A stretch of 64,000 nucleotides of DNA from Candidatus Spyradenecus sp. (GTDB lineage Bacteria > Verrucomicrobiota > Verrucomicrobiia > Opitutales > UBA953), in contig JAZRTJ010000084.1 of NCBI GenBank assembly GCA_045651925.1, positions 12,286-76,285 of the forward strand. The letters are read 5' to 3'. The notes beneath the pieces are model-generated. The model had not been told where the DNA came from, did not search any database, and saw only the letters and a program-made list of their open reading frames with translations. This document shows positions 8,145 through 17,542 of this stretch, piece by piece. The stretch's first letter is position 1, and each line of letters starts with the position of its first letter. Both the position numbers and the translations under genes were made by a program.

Positions 8145-8927
8145 CTAAGACTGCGGGTTTTGCAGCTCTTCGAGGGCTTCCGTGATGATTTGTTTGCGGG
8201 AGCGGTTTTGCGTGCGTTCCCGCATGGCTTCAAAATAGCGGCAGGTCGCCGGAATGCGCTCGGGGAAATGCAGGCGGACGATGTTGGCGTAGGAGAGAAA
8301 GCAAAACCACGGGGAGCGGCGGCTTTCCATGGCGAGCTTATAAAATTCGAGGGCGCGTTCGAAGTCGGGTTTTCCGTAAATCAGCGCGGTCTTAATCATC
8401 GTTACCTGCGCGGCGAGGGCATAGACCTTGCCTTCGCCCGGGAAGCGTTTGGCCATTTGGGCGATGACGGCAAGCGCGGATTCGTAGGCCTTGCGGTGGA
8501 TTTCGGCTTGGACTTTTTCGGCGACGCGGGCGCCGCCGCGGGCTTGGATAATCCACGACGGGAAGTCGAACGCGATGTAGTTGATCGAGTTCTCCCAGAA
8601 AAAGTAATTTTGCGGGTCGAGGGTGCGGGCAAGCGCCATCAGCGATTCGCAGTTTTGCAATTCGCGCGTGCTCCAAAAATGGTAGGCGCGCAACCAGGCG
8701 ATGTCGGCCAAGACGGTGCGAAACCCGCCGATTGTGCCGAGGATGACACCCGTTCCTGCGGTTTCGGAGAGGGATTCCGCCGAAATTTCCGGCATCGTTG
8801 CCTTGACGTAGTTCCAGGCCGGCTTTTCCAGGGGCGCCGAGGCTACGCCCGCTCCCGCGAGCAGGAGCAACGCGACGCCGTAACGTTTTGCCCAATCCAA
8901 AATACAATCCGCAAGCCAATGATGCAT
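8145..8927 (-). CDS. Hypothetical membrane-anchored helical (TPR-like) protein co-transcribed with the ABC transporter
   Basis: N-terminal TM segment, LGGFR..LAD..WLRA-like motif and helical repeats. Coding-strand codon style and operon position support it. Confidence 0.6.
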   Translation of the reverse strand: MHHWLADCILDWAKRYGVALLLLAGAGVASAPLEKPAWNYVKATMPEISAESLSETAGTGVILGTIGGFRTVLADIAWLRAYHFWSTRELQNCESLMALARTLDPQNYFFWENSINYIAFDFPSWIIQARGGARVAEKVQAEIHRKAYESALAVIAQMAKRFPGEGKVYALAAQVTMIKTALIYGKPDFERALEFYKLAMESRRSPWFCFLSYANIVRLHFPERIPATCRYFEAMRERTQNRSRKQIITEALEELQNPQS

Positions 8928-8943
8928 GGTAATGATTCCGAAA

Positions 8944-9765
8944 TTACATTTCGCGGTGGCGGAAGCACCAAACCGTGACGAGGAGCAGGACGGCGATCCA
9001 AACGGAACCGTAGCCGAAAATTTCGGCGAGCGTGCCGGCGGGGACGCCCTGGGCATTGAGTGTCAGCTGCGGGCCGAGATTGAAGAGCTGGAGATTCGGA
9101 AGCAGTTTTGTCAGGGCTTCGGCGCCGCATTTGACGATCAGCGAGGATTTTGCCGACGCGGCGACGTCCTGAAGAATGTATTGGAGCTGCGCAATCAGCA
9201 GGCCGCAAAAGGAGACGATAACGGCGTAGAGGTAGGTCTGCGAAAAACTCGTAAACGCGACGGTCATGGCGGCGACGATGCCGAGGCGCATCCACTGGAG
9301 CAGGGCGAAGAGCCCGAGTCCGGGGAGGCTCAGGAAGGGCTCCGGCATGCCGCGGGCAACAGCCGCTTGGGCGAGGGCGGGTTGGCGCAAGGCGAGGACG
9401 AGAGCCAGCAGACCGGTCATAATCAGCGTAAAGACACCGAGCAGGGTCCAGACTCCGAAGAATTTTCCCAAAATAAAGGCGCGTCGATTGACGGGCTTGG
9501 CCAAAAGCGTAATGGCCGTACGATTGTCGATTTCGGCGAAAAAGAGTTGGACGCTCATGACGACGGCGAGAATCGAGCCGAACAGGAAGAGCCCGCCGAA
9601 CCCGAAGTCGGCGATGAATTTCAGTTCCGAGGAGCCGAAGTTAAAGCCGGTGATGCCGACGGAGACGGCGGTCATCACGAGGCCGAGCAAGAGCAGAAAG
9701 TTGAAGAATTTCTGCCGGACGGCTTCGAGGAAGGTGTTTTTGGCGATCCAAAATACGGCTTTCAT
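8944..9765 (-). CDS. ABC transporter permease (ABC-2-like)
   Basis: IAKNTFLEAVR, LLAKPVNRRAFILGKFFG, six hydrophobic segments and C-terminal FRHRE. Confidence 0.85.
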   Translation of the reverse strand: MKAVFWIAKNTFLEAVRQKFFNFLLLLGLVMTAVSVGITGFNFGSSELKFIADFGFGGLFLFGSILAVVMSVQLFFAEIDNRTAITLLAKPVNRRAFILGKFFGVWTLLGVFTLIMTGLLALVLALRQPALAQAAVARGMPEPFLSLPGLGLFALLQWMRLGIVAAMTVAFTSFSQTYLYAVIVSFCGLLIAQLQYILQDVAASAKSSLIVKCGAEALTKLLPNLQLFNLGPQLTLNAQGVPAGTLAEIFGYGSVWIAVLLLVTVWCFRHREM

Positions 9766-10649
9766 TATTGCGGGTCCTTGGAAAAGTTTTGGATGAAGAA
9801 TTTTTCGAGCGAGAGGCGCGGGTGCGATACGGCGTCGAGGGTGGCGCCGCGGGCACGCAGGAAGGCGTCGAGCTCGGCAAAGTCTTTTTCAGAAAATGTG
9901 TCGAGGCCGGAAATCGTCAGCGTCGTCTGATCCTTGCGCGTGAGCACGTTGTCGAGCGTTCCCGTGACGACGAGTTTTCCGCGGTTCATAATCGCGATGC
10001 GGTCGCAAATGTTTTCAACCTGCCCGAGCAGGTGGGAGCAGAGGACGACGGTTTTGCCGCGCTTTTTCATGGCGAGAATGCATTCGCCGATTTCCGCGGA
10101 GCCGACCGGGTCGATGCCCGCCGTCGGTTCGTCGAGAATGACGAGTTGCGGGTCGTGGACGATGGCTTGCGCGACACCGATGCGCTGGAGCATGCCCTTG
10201 GAATAAGTTTTGACGCGGCGGTCGGCGGCCTCGGTCATGCCTGTTGTCTCCAGCGCTTTCTCAACGGCTTCGTCGAGCTGCTTGGCGGGGACGCCGGCGA
10301 TGCGGGCGTAGAAACGGACGAGCTCGCGGCCGGAGAGGTAGCCGTAGAAATAGGGCGCTTCGGGGAGGAATCCGACTTCGCGGCGGGCGGCGGTCTCCGT
10401 GCTTTCGTGGCCGAAGATGCGGCAGCTGCCCGAGGTCGGGCGGAAAAGACCGAGGATGATTTTCAGCGTCGTGGACTTGCCCGAACCGTTGGGACCGAGC
10501 AAACCGAAGATTTCTCCGGCATTGACGCGGAACGAAACGTTGTCAACGGCGCGCAGTTTTACACCGCGGATGCCGATACGGAAGTCTTTCGTGAGCCCCG
10601 AGATTTCAATGGCGGGGACGCTGCCGTTTTCGCAAGACGGAGTTTTCAT
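9765..10649 (-). CDS. ABC transporter ATP-binding protein
   Basis: Walker A GPNGSGKST, signature YSKGMLQR, Walker B ILDEPT and H-loop CSH. Confidence 0.95.
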   Translation of the reverse strand: MKTPSCENGSVPAIEISGLTKDFRIGIRGVKLRAVDNVSFRVNAGEIFGLLGPNGSGKSTTLKIILGLFRPTSGSCRIFGHESTETAARREVGFLPEAPYFYGYLSGRELVRFYARIAGVPAKQLDEAVEKALETTGMTEAADRRVKTYSKGMLQRIGVAQAIVHDPQLVILDEPTAGIDPVGSAEIGECILAMKKRGKTVVLCSHLLGQVENICDRIAIMNRGKLVVTGTLDNVLTRKDQTTLTISGLDTFSEKDFAELDAFLRARGATLDAVSHPRLSLEKFFIQNFSKDPQ

Positions 10650-10652
10650 GGT

Positions 10653-10934
10653 TTATTGAACGATTTGGAAGCCGCGCTCGCAGGGCGGAGCAAGGTAGTG
10701 GCGTTTTTCGATTTTTCGGATAAAGGACTTCATTTCTTCGGCGACGGCGGTCACGAAATCGGTGACTTCGCGTTCCGTGCCTTCCGCGTGAAGCAAAACG
10801 CGCCCGTCGGCAAGATTGCGCACGGAGCCGGAGACTTCGTATTCACGCGCCACTTTCAGCGTTTGAAAACGAAATCCGACGCCCTGGACGCGGCCTTCGA
10901 ACCAGACGTCCGCGTGGTAAACCTGTTTATCCAT
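10653..10934 (-). CDS. acyP: Acylphosphatase
   Basis: GRVQGVGFR and GSVRNLADGRV motifs; start at MDKQVY. Confidence 0.9.
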   Translation of the reverse strand: MDKQVYHADVWFEGRVQGVGFRFQTLKVAREYEVSGSVRNLADGRVLLHAEGTEREVTDFVTAVAEEMKSFIRKIEKRHYLAPPCERGFQIVQ

Positions 10935-11015
10935 GAGGCAATGGAAACGAGTTCCCGTGCCGCCGCCAAGAAAATTTTCTCGCAAGACAATCGCGGGAAC
11001 GCATGATTGAGCGCC

Positions 11016-11444
11016 ATGCATACCTGCGAAAAAATTTATACGGACATTCCGATCGGCCACGCGCAGCACCGCCACGCCGGGCACTGCCGGTTCGTCCACG
11101 GACACAATTGGTCGTTTGCCCTGACATTTGCCTGCGACGAGTTGGACGATCAGGGCTTCGTCATCGACTTCGGCGGTATCAAGTTTATCGCGCGCTGGAT
11201 TGACGAAAATCTCGACCATGCGTTCCTTTTTGCTGAAAGCGACACCGAAGGGCGTAAGATGCTCGCGGCGTTTCCGCATCTTTTCAAGGCCTACATCGTG
11301 AAAAACTGTTCGGCGGAAGGCTTGGCCGTTCACCTTTTTGATGTTTTCGACAAGCTCATCCGCGAGGAATCAAACGGTCGCGCCTGGCTTAAATCCATCC
11401 GCGTCGGGGAAGACAGCAAGAATTTCGCCTATTTCTCCAAATAG
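11016..11444 (+). CDS. queD: 6-carboxytetrahydropterin synthase (QueD/PTPS family)
   Basis: HAQHRH, CxxxHGH (CRFVHGH), GFVIDFG, LDHAFL and SAEGLA motifs; adjacent to queE. Confidence 0.85.
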   Translation: MHTCEKIYTDIPIGHAQHRHAGHCRFVHGHNWSFALTFACDELDDQGFVIDFGGIKFIARWIDENLDHAFLFAESDTEGRKMLAAFPHLFKAYIVKNCSAEGLAVHLFDVFDKLIREESNGRAWLKSIRVGEDSKNFAYFSK

Positions 11445-11455
11445 CGAAATTCTTG

Positions 11456-11922
11456 AATCTCAAATTTCGAATTCCGAATCCCGAATGCAATGACGGCAAG
11501 AGATGACAATGTAATTGAGAAGAAATCTTTTGCCTTTGCGGTTCGAATCGTACGTCTTTGTCGTTTTTTGAGGGAAAAGAAAAAGGAATTTGTGATTTCG
11601 GATCAGCTATTGCGCGCGGGAACCTCCGTCGGAGCGAATGTCACGGAGGCCCAGGAAGCGTTTTCCGAGAAGGATTTTGTAGCCAAGCTTTCGATTGCTC
11701 GAAAAGAGTCCGCAGAAAGTGCCTACTGGATTCGCTTGCTGTTTGAGACGGAATATCTTTCGCAGGAGCAATTTGATTCGATTTACGGAGATGCCGTTGA
11801 GATTCGAAAGATTCTTTCGTCGATTGTATTGACCATTGAGAAAAAGCAAAAACGAAATAAAGACGATGACTCAGCCGTTGAATGAAACTGAATTCGGAAT
11901 TCGGAATTCGGAATTCGAGATT
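11456..11922. mobile_element. Candidate small mobile unit: four-helix-bundle gene bounded by 33-bp inverted heptamer arms
   Basis: Left arm AATCTC-AAATTTC-GAATTCC-GAATCCC-GAATGC (11456-11488). Reverse complement of the right arm is AATCTC-GAATTCC-GAATTCC-GAATTCC-GAATTC (11890-11922). It sits between queD and queE. Confidence 0.6.
11490..11885 (+). CDS. Four helix bundle protein (TIGR02436 / 23S-IVP / bAvd-like)
   Basis: KSFAFAVRIVRL, QLLRAGTSVGANVTEA, DFVAKLSIARKESAESAYWIRLL. Confidence 0.9.
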   Translation: MTARDDNVIEKKSFAFAVRIVRLCRFLREKKKEFVISDQLLRAGTSVGANVTEAQEAFSEKDFVAKLSIARKESAESAYWIRLLFETEYLSQEQFDSIYGDAVEIRKILSSIVLTIEKKQKRNKDDDSAVE

Positions 11923-12543
11923 GTGAAAAAAATCAAATACAGCGTTTTTGAATTTTTTCACAGTTTCCAGGGCGAAGGGGAGTATCTCGGGCGCTCGGCG
12001 TTTTTCATTCGCCTTTTCGGGTGCCCGATTCGTTGTCCGTGGTGTGATTCTGCGGGAACCTGGCAGAGCGACGGCGCCGCCGAGGTGAAGCGCCTGTCGG
12101 CCGCCGAGCTGGCGGAAACGGCCGCCGCGGCAAAGCCCGACTGCGTCGTCATCACCGGCGGCGAACCGACGATTCATGATCTGACGCCGCTTTGCGACGC
12201 CCTTCACGCAAAAGGCCTACGCGTTCACTTGGAAACCTGCGGCGCATTTCCGATTCGCGGCGATGTCGATTGGGTGACCTTGAGCCCGAAGCGCCAAAAG
12301 CTTCCGCTTGCCGAAAATTGGGCGCGTGCCCGCGAAATCAAAATCATCGTCGATACGCCCGACGCCATTGCGGAGTGGGCGGGAAAAATCGGTGAGCATT
12401 CCGCGAGCTCGATTTGGCTGCATCCCGAATGGTCACGCTCCGAAGATCCCGAAATTCTCGGAAAAATCGCCGAGTGGATTTGCGCGCATGGGGCTCCCTA
12501 CCGCGCCGGCTGGCAGCTTCATAAGCTTTTCAGGGTGAGGTAG
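11866..12543 (+). CDS. queE: 7-carboxy-7-deazaguanine synthase (radical SAM); start is either ATG 11866 or GTG 11923
   Basis: EFFHSFQGEG, CxxxCxWCD (CPIRCPWCD), VITGGEP, LETCG, TLSPK and QLHK motifs. Confidence 0.9.
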   Translation: MTQPLNETEFGIRNSEFEIVKKIKYSVFEFFHSFQGEGEYLGRSAFFIRLFGCPIRCPWCDSAGTWQSDGAAEVKRLSAAELAETAAAAKPDCVVITGGEPTIHDLTPLCDALHAKGLRVHLETCGAFPIRGDVDWVTLSPKRQKLPLAENWARAREIKIIVDTPDAIAEWAGKIGEHSASSIWLHPEWSRSEDPEILGKIAEWICAHGAPYRAGWQLHKLFRVR

Positions 12544-12737
12544 TCCGGGAAGAAGGCGGAATCCGGCGCTCTTAGTTGCATTTTTCCGGTTTTCGTTCTC
12601 CGGCTGTCGTCCGTCGTACCGACTATCCGTCTCCGCCTTAGTTTCGCTCTTGCCTTTGTCGAAAAACAGATTTTAATTCGTCAAGGTAGCCGCGAAAATG
12701 CAGGGCTACAAACAAGTCTTTTATAAAAATCCCACAC

Positions 12738-15700
12738 ATGGCAAAAAAAACTCCCGTTAAAACCGGCGCGAAATCGACCAAATTCGTTTACGAATTCGGT
12801 AAAAAAACTGACGGCGCCGCAACGATGAAAAACCTCCTTGGCGGCAAAGGCGCCAATCTCGCCGAAATGGCTCGCATCGGTCTTCCCGTGCCGCCCGGCT
12901 TTACGATCAGCACCGAAGTCTGCACGTATTATTACAATAATAACAAAACCTATCCGGTCACGTTGATGGCCGACGTGCGTAAGGCTGTCGCTAATATCGA
13001 AAAGCAACTCGGAAAGAAGTTCGGCGACGCCGAAGGTTTCCCGCTGCTCGTTGCCGTCCGCTCCGGCGCCCGCGAATCGATGCCGGGTATGATGGACACG
13101 ATTTTGAATTTGGGCTTGAACGACGAAACCGTCGAAGCACTTGCCCGTGTGACGCAGAATGAGCGCTTTGCTTGGGACTGCTACCGCCGCTTTGTTCAGA
13201 TGTACGGCGACGTCGTGCTCGGCGTTCAGAAGCTTCCGGGCGAAGACCACGAACCGTTTGAAACGGTCATCGAATCCGTCAAGGCGGAGATGCTCGGCAA
13301 TGCGGAAGCGAGCGACACGGAACTGAAAGCTCCGGAACTGCGCGAGCTCGTTGTTCGCTTTAAAAAGCTGATTAAGGACCGCACGGGTTCGGAATTCCCG
13401 AGCGATCCGTGGGAACAGCTCGAAGGTGCTATCGGCGCTGTTTTCGGTTCCTGGATGAACGACCGCGCGATTGTTTATCGTCAGAAATACCATATCCCGT
13501 CGGACTGGGGAACGGCTGTCAACGTGCAGTCGATGGTCTTCGGTAACACGGGCGAAAAATCCGGCTCCGGTGTGGCGTTTACGCGTGACCCGGCGAGCGG
13601 CGAAAAGGTTTTCTACGGCGAATTCCTGATGAACGCGCAGGGCGAAGACGTCGTCGCGGGTGTCCGCACGCCGGCCCCGGTCGCGGAACTCAAGAAGGTC
13701 ATGCCGAGCGCCCACGCTCAGTTGCTCGGAATCTGCAAGACGCTGGAAAACCACTTCCGCGACATGCAGGACTTTGAATTTACGATTGAAGACTCGAAAG
13801 TGTTCATGCTCCAGACGCGTAACGGCAAGCGCACCGGCCTTGCGGCTATCCGCATTGCCTGCGAAATGGAGCAGGAAGGTCTGATTGATTGGAAGAAGGC
13901 GGTTTGCCGCGTTCCGGCCGATCAGCTCGACCAGGCGCTCGCTCCGGTTTTTGACCGCGCGGCACTGAAGAACGCCAAGCAGATTGCAAAGGGCCTTCCC
14001 GCCGGACCGGGCGCAGCTTCCGGCCACGTTTATTTCAATGCGGAACGCGCGGAAGCGGCTGCCAAGGAAGGCCAGAAGGTCCTCTTGGTTCGCCTCGAAA
14101 CCTCGCCGGAAGACCTCCGCGGGATGATCGCCGCTGAAGGTATTCTCACGGCCCGCGGAGGTGTTTCCTCGCACGCGGCGCTCGTGGCTCGCCAGATGGG
14201 CAAGGTCTGCGTCTGCGGTGCTTCGGGCATCACGATTGACTATGCGAAGAAGGTGCTGTTTGCCGGATCGGTCAAGGTCGAAGAAGGCGAATTCCTCTCC
14301 ATCGACGGAACGACGGGTGCGGTTTACGAAGGACAAATTCCGACGGCTCCGTCCGACATCGTGCTCGGCCTCGTTCAAAAGGATGCGACCGCACGCCGCT
14401 CCAAGGCCTACAAGAATTTTGCCAAGCTCATGGATTGGTGCTCGCAGGTGACGCGCCTCGGCGTGCGCACGAATGCGGACGCGCCGGAACAGGCCGCCGT
14501 TGCCGTGGCTTTCGGCGCTCAGGGTATCGGTCTGACGCGTACGGAACACATGTTCTTCGCGGGTGAACGCATCGACGCCGTTCGCGAAATGATTCTTGCA
14601 ACGGACCTGGATGCACGCCGCACCGCCGTGAACAAGTTGCTCCCGTACCAACGCGGAGACTTCCTCGGCATCTTCAAGACTCTCAAGGGCCTGCCGGCGA
14701 CGATTCGCTTGCTCGACCCGCCGCTGCACGAATTTCTCCCCCACACGAAGGAACAGCAGCTCGACCTCGCCAAGAAGTTGAACGTCCCCGTCGAACAGGT
14801 TCAGCGCCGCGTCTCCGAACTCCACGAGTTCAACCCGATGCTCGGTCACCGCGGCTGCCGTCTCGGCATTTCCTACCCGGAAATCACGGAAATGCAGGCG
14901 CGTGCCATCTTCGAAGCCGCTGCGGAAGTCGCTAAGATGCGCATTCCGGTCAATCCGGAAATCATGATCCCGCTCGTCGGCTTTGCTGCAGAATTCAAGA
15001 ACCAGGCTGCCGTTATCCGCCGCGTCGCTGCGGAAGTGATGGCCGAAAAGAAGGTGACGATTAACTACAAGGTCGGCACGATGATCGAAATCCCGCGCGC
15101 TTGTGCGACGGCGGACCAGATCGCGGAAGAAGCCGAATTCTTCTCCTTCGGAACGAATGACCTTACGCAAACTACGCTCGGAATGAGCCGCGACGACTCC
15201 GGTTCCTTCCTCGGCGACTACATCAATCGCGAAATCCTGAAGGCGAATCCGTTTGCTTCGATCGACCGTGAAGGCGTCGGCGCAATGATGAAGCTCGGTG
15301 TCAATCTCGGCCGTCAAACGCGTCCGGACATCAAGTTGGGCATCTGCGGCGAACACGGCGGCGATCCTGCTTCGGTCAAGTTCTGCCACAGCCTCGGCCT
15401 AACCTATGTCAGCTGCTCTCCGTACCGTGTTCCGACGGCGCGCTTGGCGGCGGCACAGGCTGCGATTGAAGAAGCAGCAGCTTTATCCTCCAAGAATATG
15501 GCTACTAAAACTACCCCTAAGAAGGCTCCGGCTAAGAAACCGGCGGCCAAAAAAGCTCCGGCCGCCAAGGCCGCTGTGAAGAAACCGGTTGCGAAGAAAG
15601 CGGCTCCGAAGGCTGCTGCGAAACCGGCGGCTAAGCCGGCAGTGAAGAAGGCTCCGGCGAAAAAGCCCGCTGCGGCTCCGAAGGCTGCTGCCAAGAAGCC

Positions 15701-15884
15701 GGTAGCAAAAGCTCCCGCCAAGAAAGCTGCTCCGAAAGCGGCTCCGGCCAAGAAGGCCGCGCCTGCTAAGAAGGCCGCTCCGAAGGCAGTAGCAAAGGCT
15801 GCTCCGGCGAAGAAGGCAACGGCGACGAAGGCGGCTCCCGCCAAGAAACCGTGCGCTAAGCGCGGTGGCTGCAAGAAGAAATAA
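12738..15884 (+). CDS. ppdK: Pyruvate, phosphate dikinase with an in-frame C-terminal Ala/Lys/Pro-rich histone H1-like extension
   Basis: [32 protein letters not shown] (phospho-His), [27 protein letters not shown]; 128-aa AKP tail from ATG 15498. Confidence 0.95.
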   Translation: MAKKTPVKTGAKSTKFVYEFGKKTDGAATMKNLLGGKGANLAEMARIGLPVPPGFTISTEVCTYYYNNNKTYPVTLMADVRKAVANIEKQLGKKFGDAEGFPLLVAVRSGARESMPGMMDTILNLGLNDETVEALARVTQNERFAWDCYRRFVQMYGDVVLGVQKLPGEDHEPFETVIESVKAEMLGNAEASDTELKAPELRELVVRFKKLIKDRTGSEFPSDPWEQLEGAIGAVFGSWMNDRAIVYRQKYHIPSDWGTAVNVQSMVFGNTGEKSGSGVAFTRDPASGEKVFYGEFLMNAQGEDVVAGVRTPAPVAELKKVMPSAHAQLLGICKTLENHFRDMQDFEFTIEDSKVFMLQTRNGKRTGLAAIRIACEMEQEGLIDWKKAVCRVPADQLDQALAPVFDRAALKNAKQIAKGLPAGPGAASGHVYFNAERAEAAAKEGQKVLLVRLETSPEDLRGMIAAEGILTARGGVSSHAALVARQMGKVCVCGASGITIDYAKKVLFAGSVKVEEGEFLSIDGTTGAVYEGQIPTAPSDIVLGLVQKDATARRSKAYKNFAKLMDWCSQVTRLGVRTNADAPEQAAVAVAFGAQGIGLTRTEHMFFAGERIDAVREMILATDLDARRTAVNKLLPYQRGDFLGIFKTLKGLPATIRLLDPPLHEFLPHTKEQQLDLAKKLNVPVEQVQRRVSELHEFNPMLGHRGCRLGISYPEITEMQARAIFEAAAEVAKMRIPVNPEIMIPLVGFAAEFKNQAAVIRRVAAEVMAEKKVTINYKVGTMIEIPRACATADQIAEEAEFFSFGTNDLTQTTLGMSRDDSGSFLGDYINREILKANPFASIDREGVGAMMKLGVNLGRQTRPDIKLGICGEHGGDPASVKFCHSLGLTYVSCSPYRVPTARLAAAQAAIEEAAALSSKNMATKTTPKKAPAKKPAAKKAPAAKAAVKKPVAKKAAPKAAAKPAAKPAVKKAPAKKPAAAPKAAAKKPVAKAPAKKAAPKAAPAKKAAPAKKAAPKAVAKAAPAKKATATKAAPAKKPCAKRGGCKKK

Positions 15885-15907
15885 ATCGCTTCTCGACCGC
15901 TAAGGAC

Positions 15908-15940
15908 GTCCCCGCAGAATTTTTCTGCGGGGACTTTTTG
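15908..15940 (+). terminator. Rho-independent terminator after ppdK
   Basis: GTCCCCGCAGAA TT TTTCTGCGGGGAC followed by TTTTTG. Confidence 0.75.
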
Positions 15941-15981
15941 TTTTTGCATTCCCGTTCTCAAAAAAATTATCTTCTTTTGCT

Positions 15982-17496
15982 ATGTTAATGAATCTTCTTG
16001 CTCAATCTGCTCAAGCCGCGGAGCAACTCGCGTCCGGGTTGAATCACACGATTCCGCTGTGGGCCTGGGTTGCCTTCAGTGTTTTCATCGTCGGGATGCT
16101 CGCGTTGGACTTGGGGGTGTTTCACCGAAGCGATAAGGCGGTACCGTTTAAGGAGGCCGTCCTTTGGAGCGTTATCTGGGTCGGTTTGGCGGGTGTCGCC
16201 TGCGGGCTTGTCGGCCTGTGGCACGGCGCTCCGGTTGCGGAGCTTTTTGCGACGGGCTATCTGCTCGAGCTTTCGCTGAGTGTGGATAATCTCTTCGTCT
16301 TTTTGTTGATTTTCTCGTTTTTCAAGGTGCCGGACAAATATATGCACCGCGTGCTGTTCTGGGGAATCATCGGGGCGGTGTTTTTCCGCGCGCTTTTCAT
16401 TTTCGGCGGCGTAGCACTCGTCGAGAAGTTCTCGTGGTTGATGTACGTTTTCGGCGCGCTGCTCATTTACACGGGGCTGAAAATGTTTTTGCCGGAAAAG
16501 AAGGATGCCGACCTTTCGGGGAATCTGATCGTACGCCTTGCCGCCAAGACCGGACGCTTCTCGAAGGAATTGCACGGCCACTCCTTCTTCTTTATGCGTG
16601 ACGGTTTGCTTTACGCGACGCCGCTCTTCCTCGTCCTGATTGTTATTGAGCTTTCGGACGTGATGTTTGCGGTGGATAGCGTGCCCGCCATTCTCGGCGT
16701 GATTCCGAAGGAAACGGATACGGGCATGAAGATGTTCCTGGCGTTTACTTCGAATATTTTCGCGATTCTCGGGCTGCGCTCGTTCTTCTTCGCGCTTTCC
16801 GGATTTATGAAAATGCTGCGCTTCCTGCGTTTCGGTTTGGGCGTGATTCTCGCCTTTATCGGCGTGAAGCTAACGCTCGCGGAACTCGGCTGGTGGCATC
16901 CGAGCACGCAGGTTTCTCTGCTCGTTTTGCTTGTCGTGCTGGTTGTTTCCGTCCTGCTTTCGGTCTTTATCCCCGAGAAAAAGGAAGAGCCGGAACCGGA
17001 TCTTTCGGACGAAGCACTGCCGGAAAAGGCTCCGGAAGCGGAACCGGAACCGTGCGAAGGTGCGCCGCGTCTCACGCCGTGGATCGGTGTCGATTTGGAT
17101 GGCACGCTTGCCCGGTACGAAGGCTGGCGCGGCTTCGATAAAATCGGTAAGCCGGTACCGCTCATGCTGGCCCGTGTAAAGCATTGGATTGAACACGGCT
17201 ATACGGTGAAGATTTTTACGGCGCGTGCTTCGTCGCCGGAAGAAGGCATTCCGCCGGTTAAGCGTTGGCTCGAAGAAAACGGGTTGCCGGATCTTGAAGT
17301 CACGAACCAAAAAGACTTCGGGATGATCGAGCTTTGGGACGACCGTGCGGTTCAGGTGGTCGCCGGGACGGGGAAACCCTTCCTGTCGCAGTATTTCGGC
17401 GGGCGTCCGACGGCGCCGATTCTGCCGAACGAAGCGGCGGGCGAAAGCTTTTATCCGTTGAATCCGTCCAAGAAAACGGAAGATTCCGAAAAATAA
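15982..17496 (+). CDS. terC: TerC/Alx family membrane protein fused to a C-terminal HAD-like domain
   Basis: YLLELSLSVDNLFVF, HRVLFWGIIGA, IELSDVMFAVDSVPA and TSNIFAILGLRS (TerC); then WIGVDLDGTLA..KIFTAR..WDDRAV (HAD motifs). Confidence 0.85.
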   Translation: MLMNLLAQSAQAAEQLASGLNHTIPLWAWVAFSVFIVGMLALDLGVFHRSDKAVPFKEAVLWSVIWVGLAGVACGLVGLWHGAPVAELFATGYLLELSLSVDNLFVFLLIFSFFKVPDKYMHRVLFWGIIGAVFFRALFIFGGVALVEKFSWLMYVFGALLIYTGLKMFLPEKKDADLSGNLIVRLAAKTGRFSKELHGHSFFFMRDGLLYATPLFLVLIVIELSDVMFAVDSVPAILGVIPKETDTGMKMFLAFTSNIFAILGLRSFFFALSGFMKMLRFLRFGLGVILAFIGVKLTLAELGWWHPSTQVSLLVLLVVLVVSVLLSVFIPEKKEEPEPDLSDEALPEKAPEAEPEPCEGAPRLTPWIGVDLDGTLARYEGWRGFDKIGKPVPLMLARVKHWIEHGYTVKIFTARASSPEEGIPPVKRWLEENGLPDLEVTNQKDFGMIELWDDRAVQVVAGTGKPFLSQYFGGRPTAPILPNEAAGESFYPLNPSKKTEDSEK

Positions 17497-17499
17497 TTC

Positions 17500-17528
17500 T
17501 TGACGGTTCAAAAAAATAAGAGCATATT
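17500..17528 (+). promoter_or_regulatory. Putative sigma70 promoter for the tRNA
   Basis: TTGACG-N17-CATATT, with the -10 box ending 14 nt upstream of the tRNA. Confidence 0.4.
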
Positions 17529-17542
17529 AGCCTTTCAATTTT

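Noticed and set aside
11016-11444. QueD homolog acting as PTPS-III in folate synthesis (folK is in the window)
   Set aside because: The motif is CxxxHGH (QueD type) without the PTPS-III Glu, and the gene is in an operon with queE.
11490-11885. Four-helix-bundle protein as the Avd of a diversity-generating retroelement, or as a 23S rRNA intervening sequence
   Set aside because: There is no reverse transcriptase, template repeat or rRNA sequence nearby.
12681-15389. Long antisense ORFs (for example 12681-15389, 19857-20987, 42823-45864, 48835-50730, 58329-60410)
   Set aside because: They are shadow frames opposite well-supported genes, expected from GC-rich codon bias, and carry no recognisable motifs.
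15885-15981. yybP-ykoY manganese riboswitch expected upstream of terC
   Set aside because: The intergenic region holds only the ppdK terminator and no recognisable riboswitch core.
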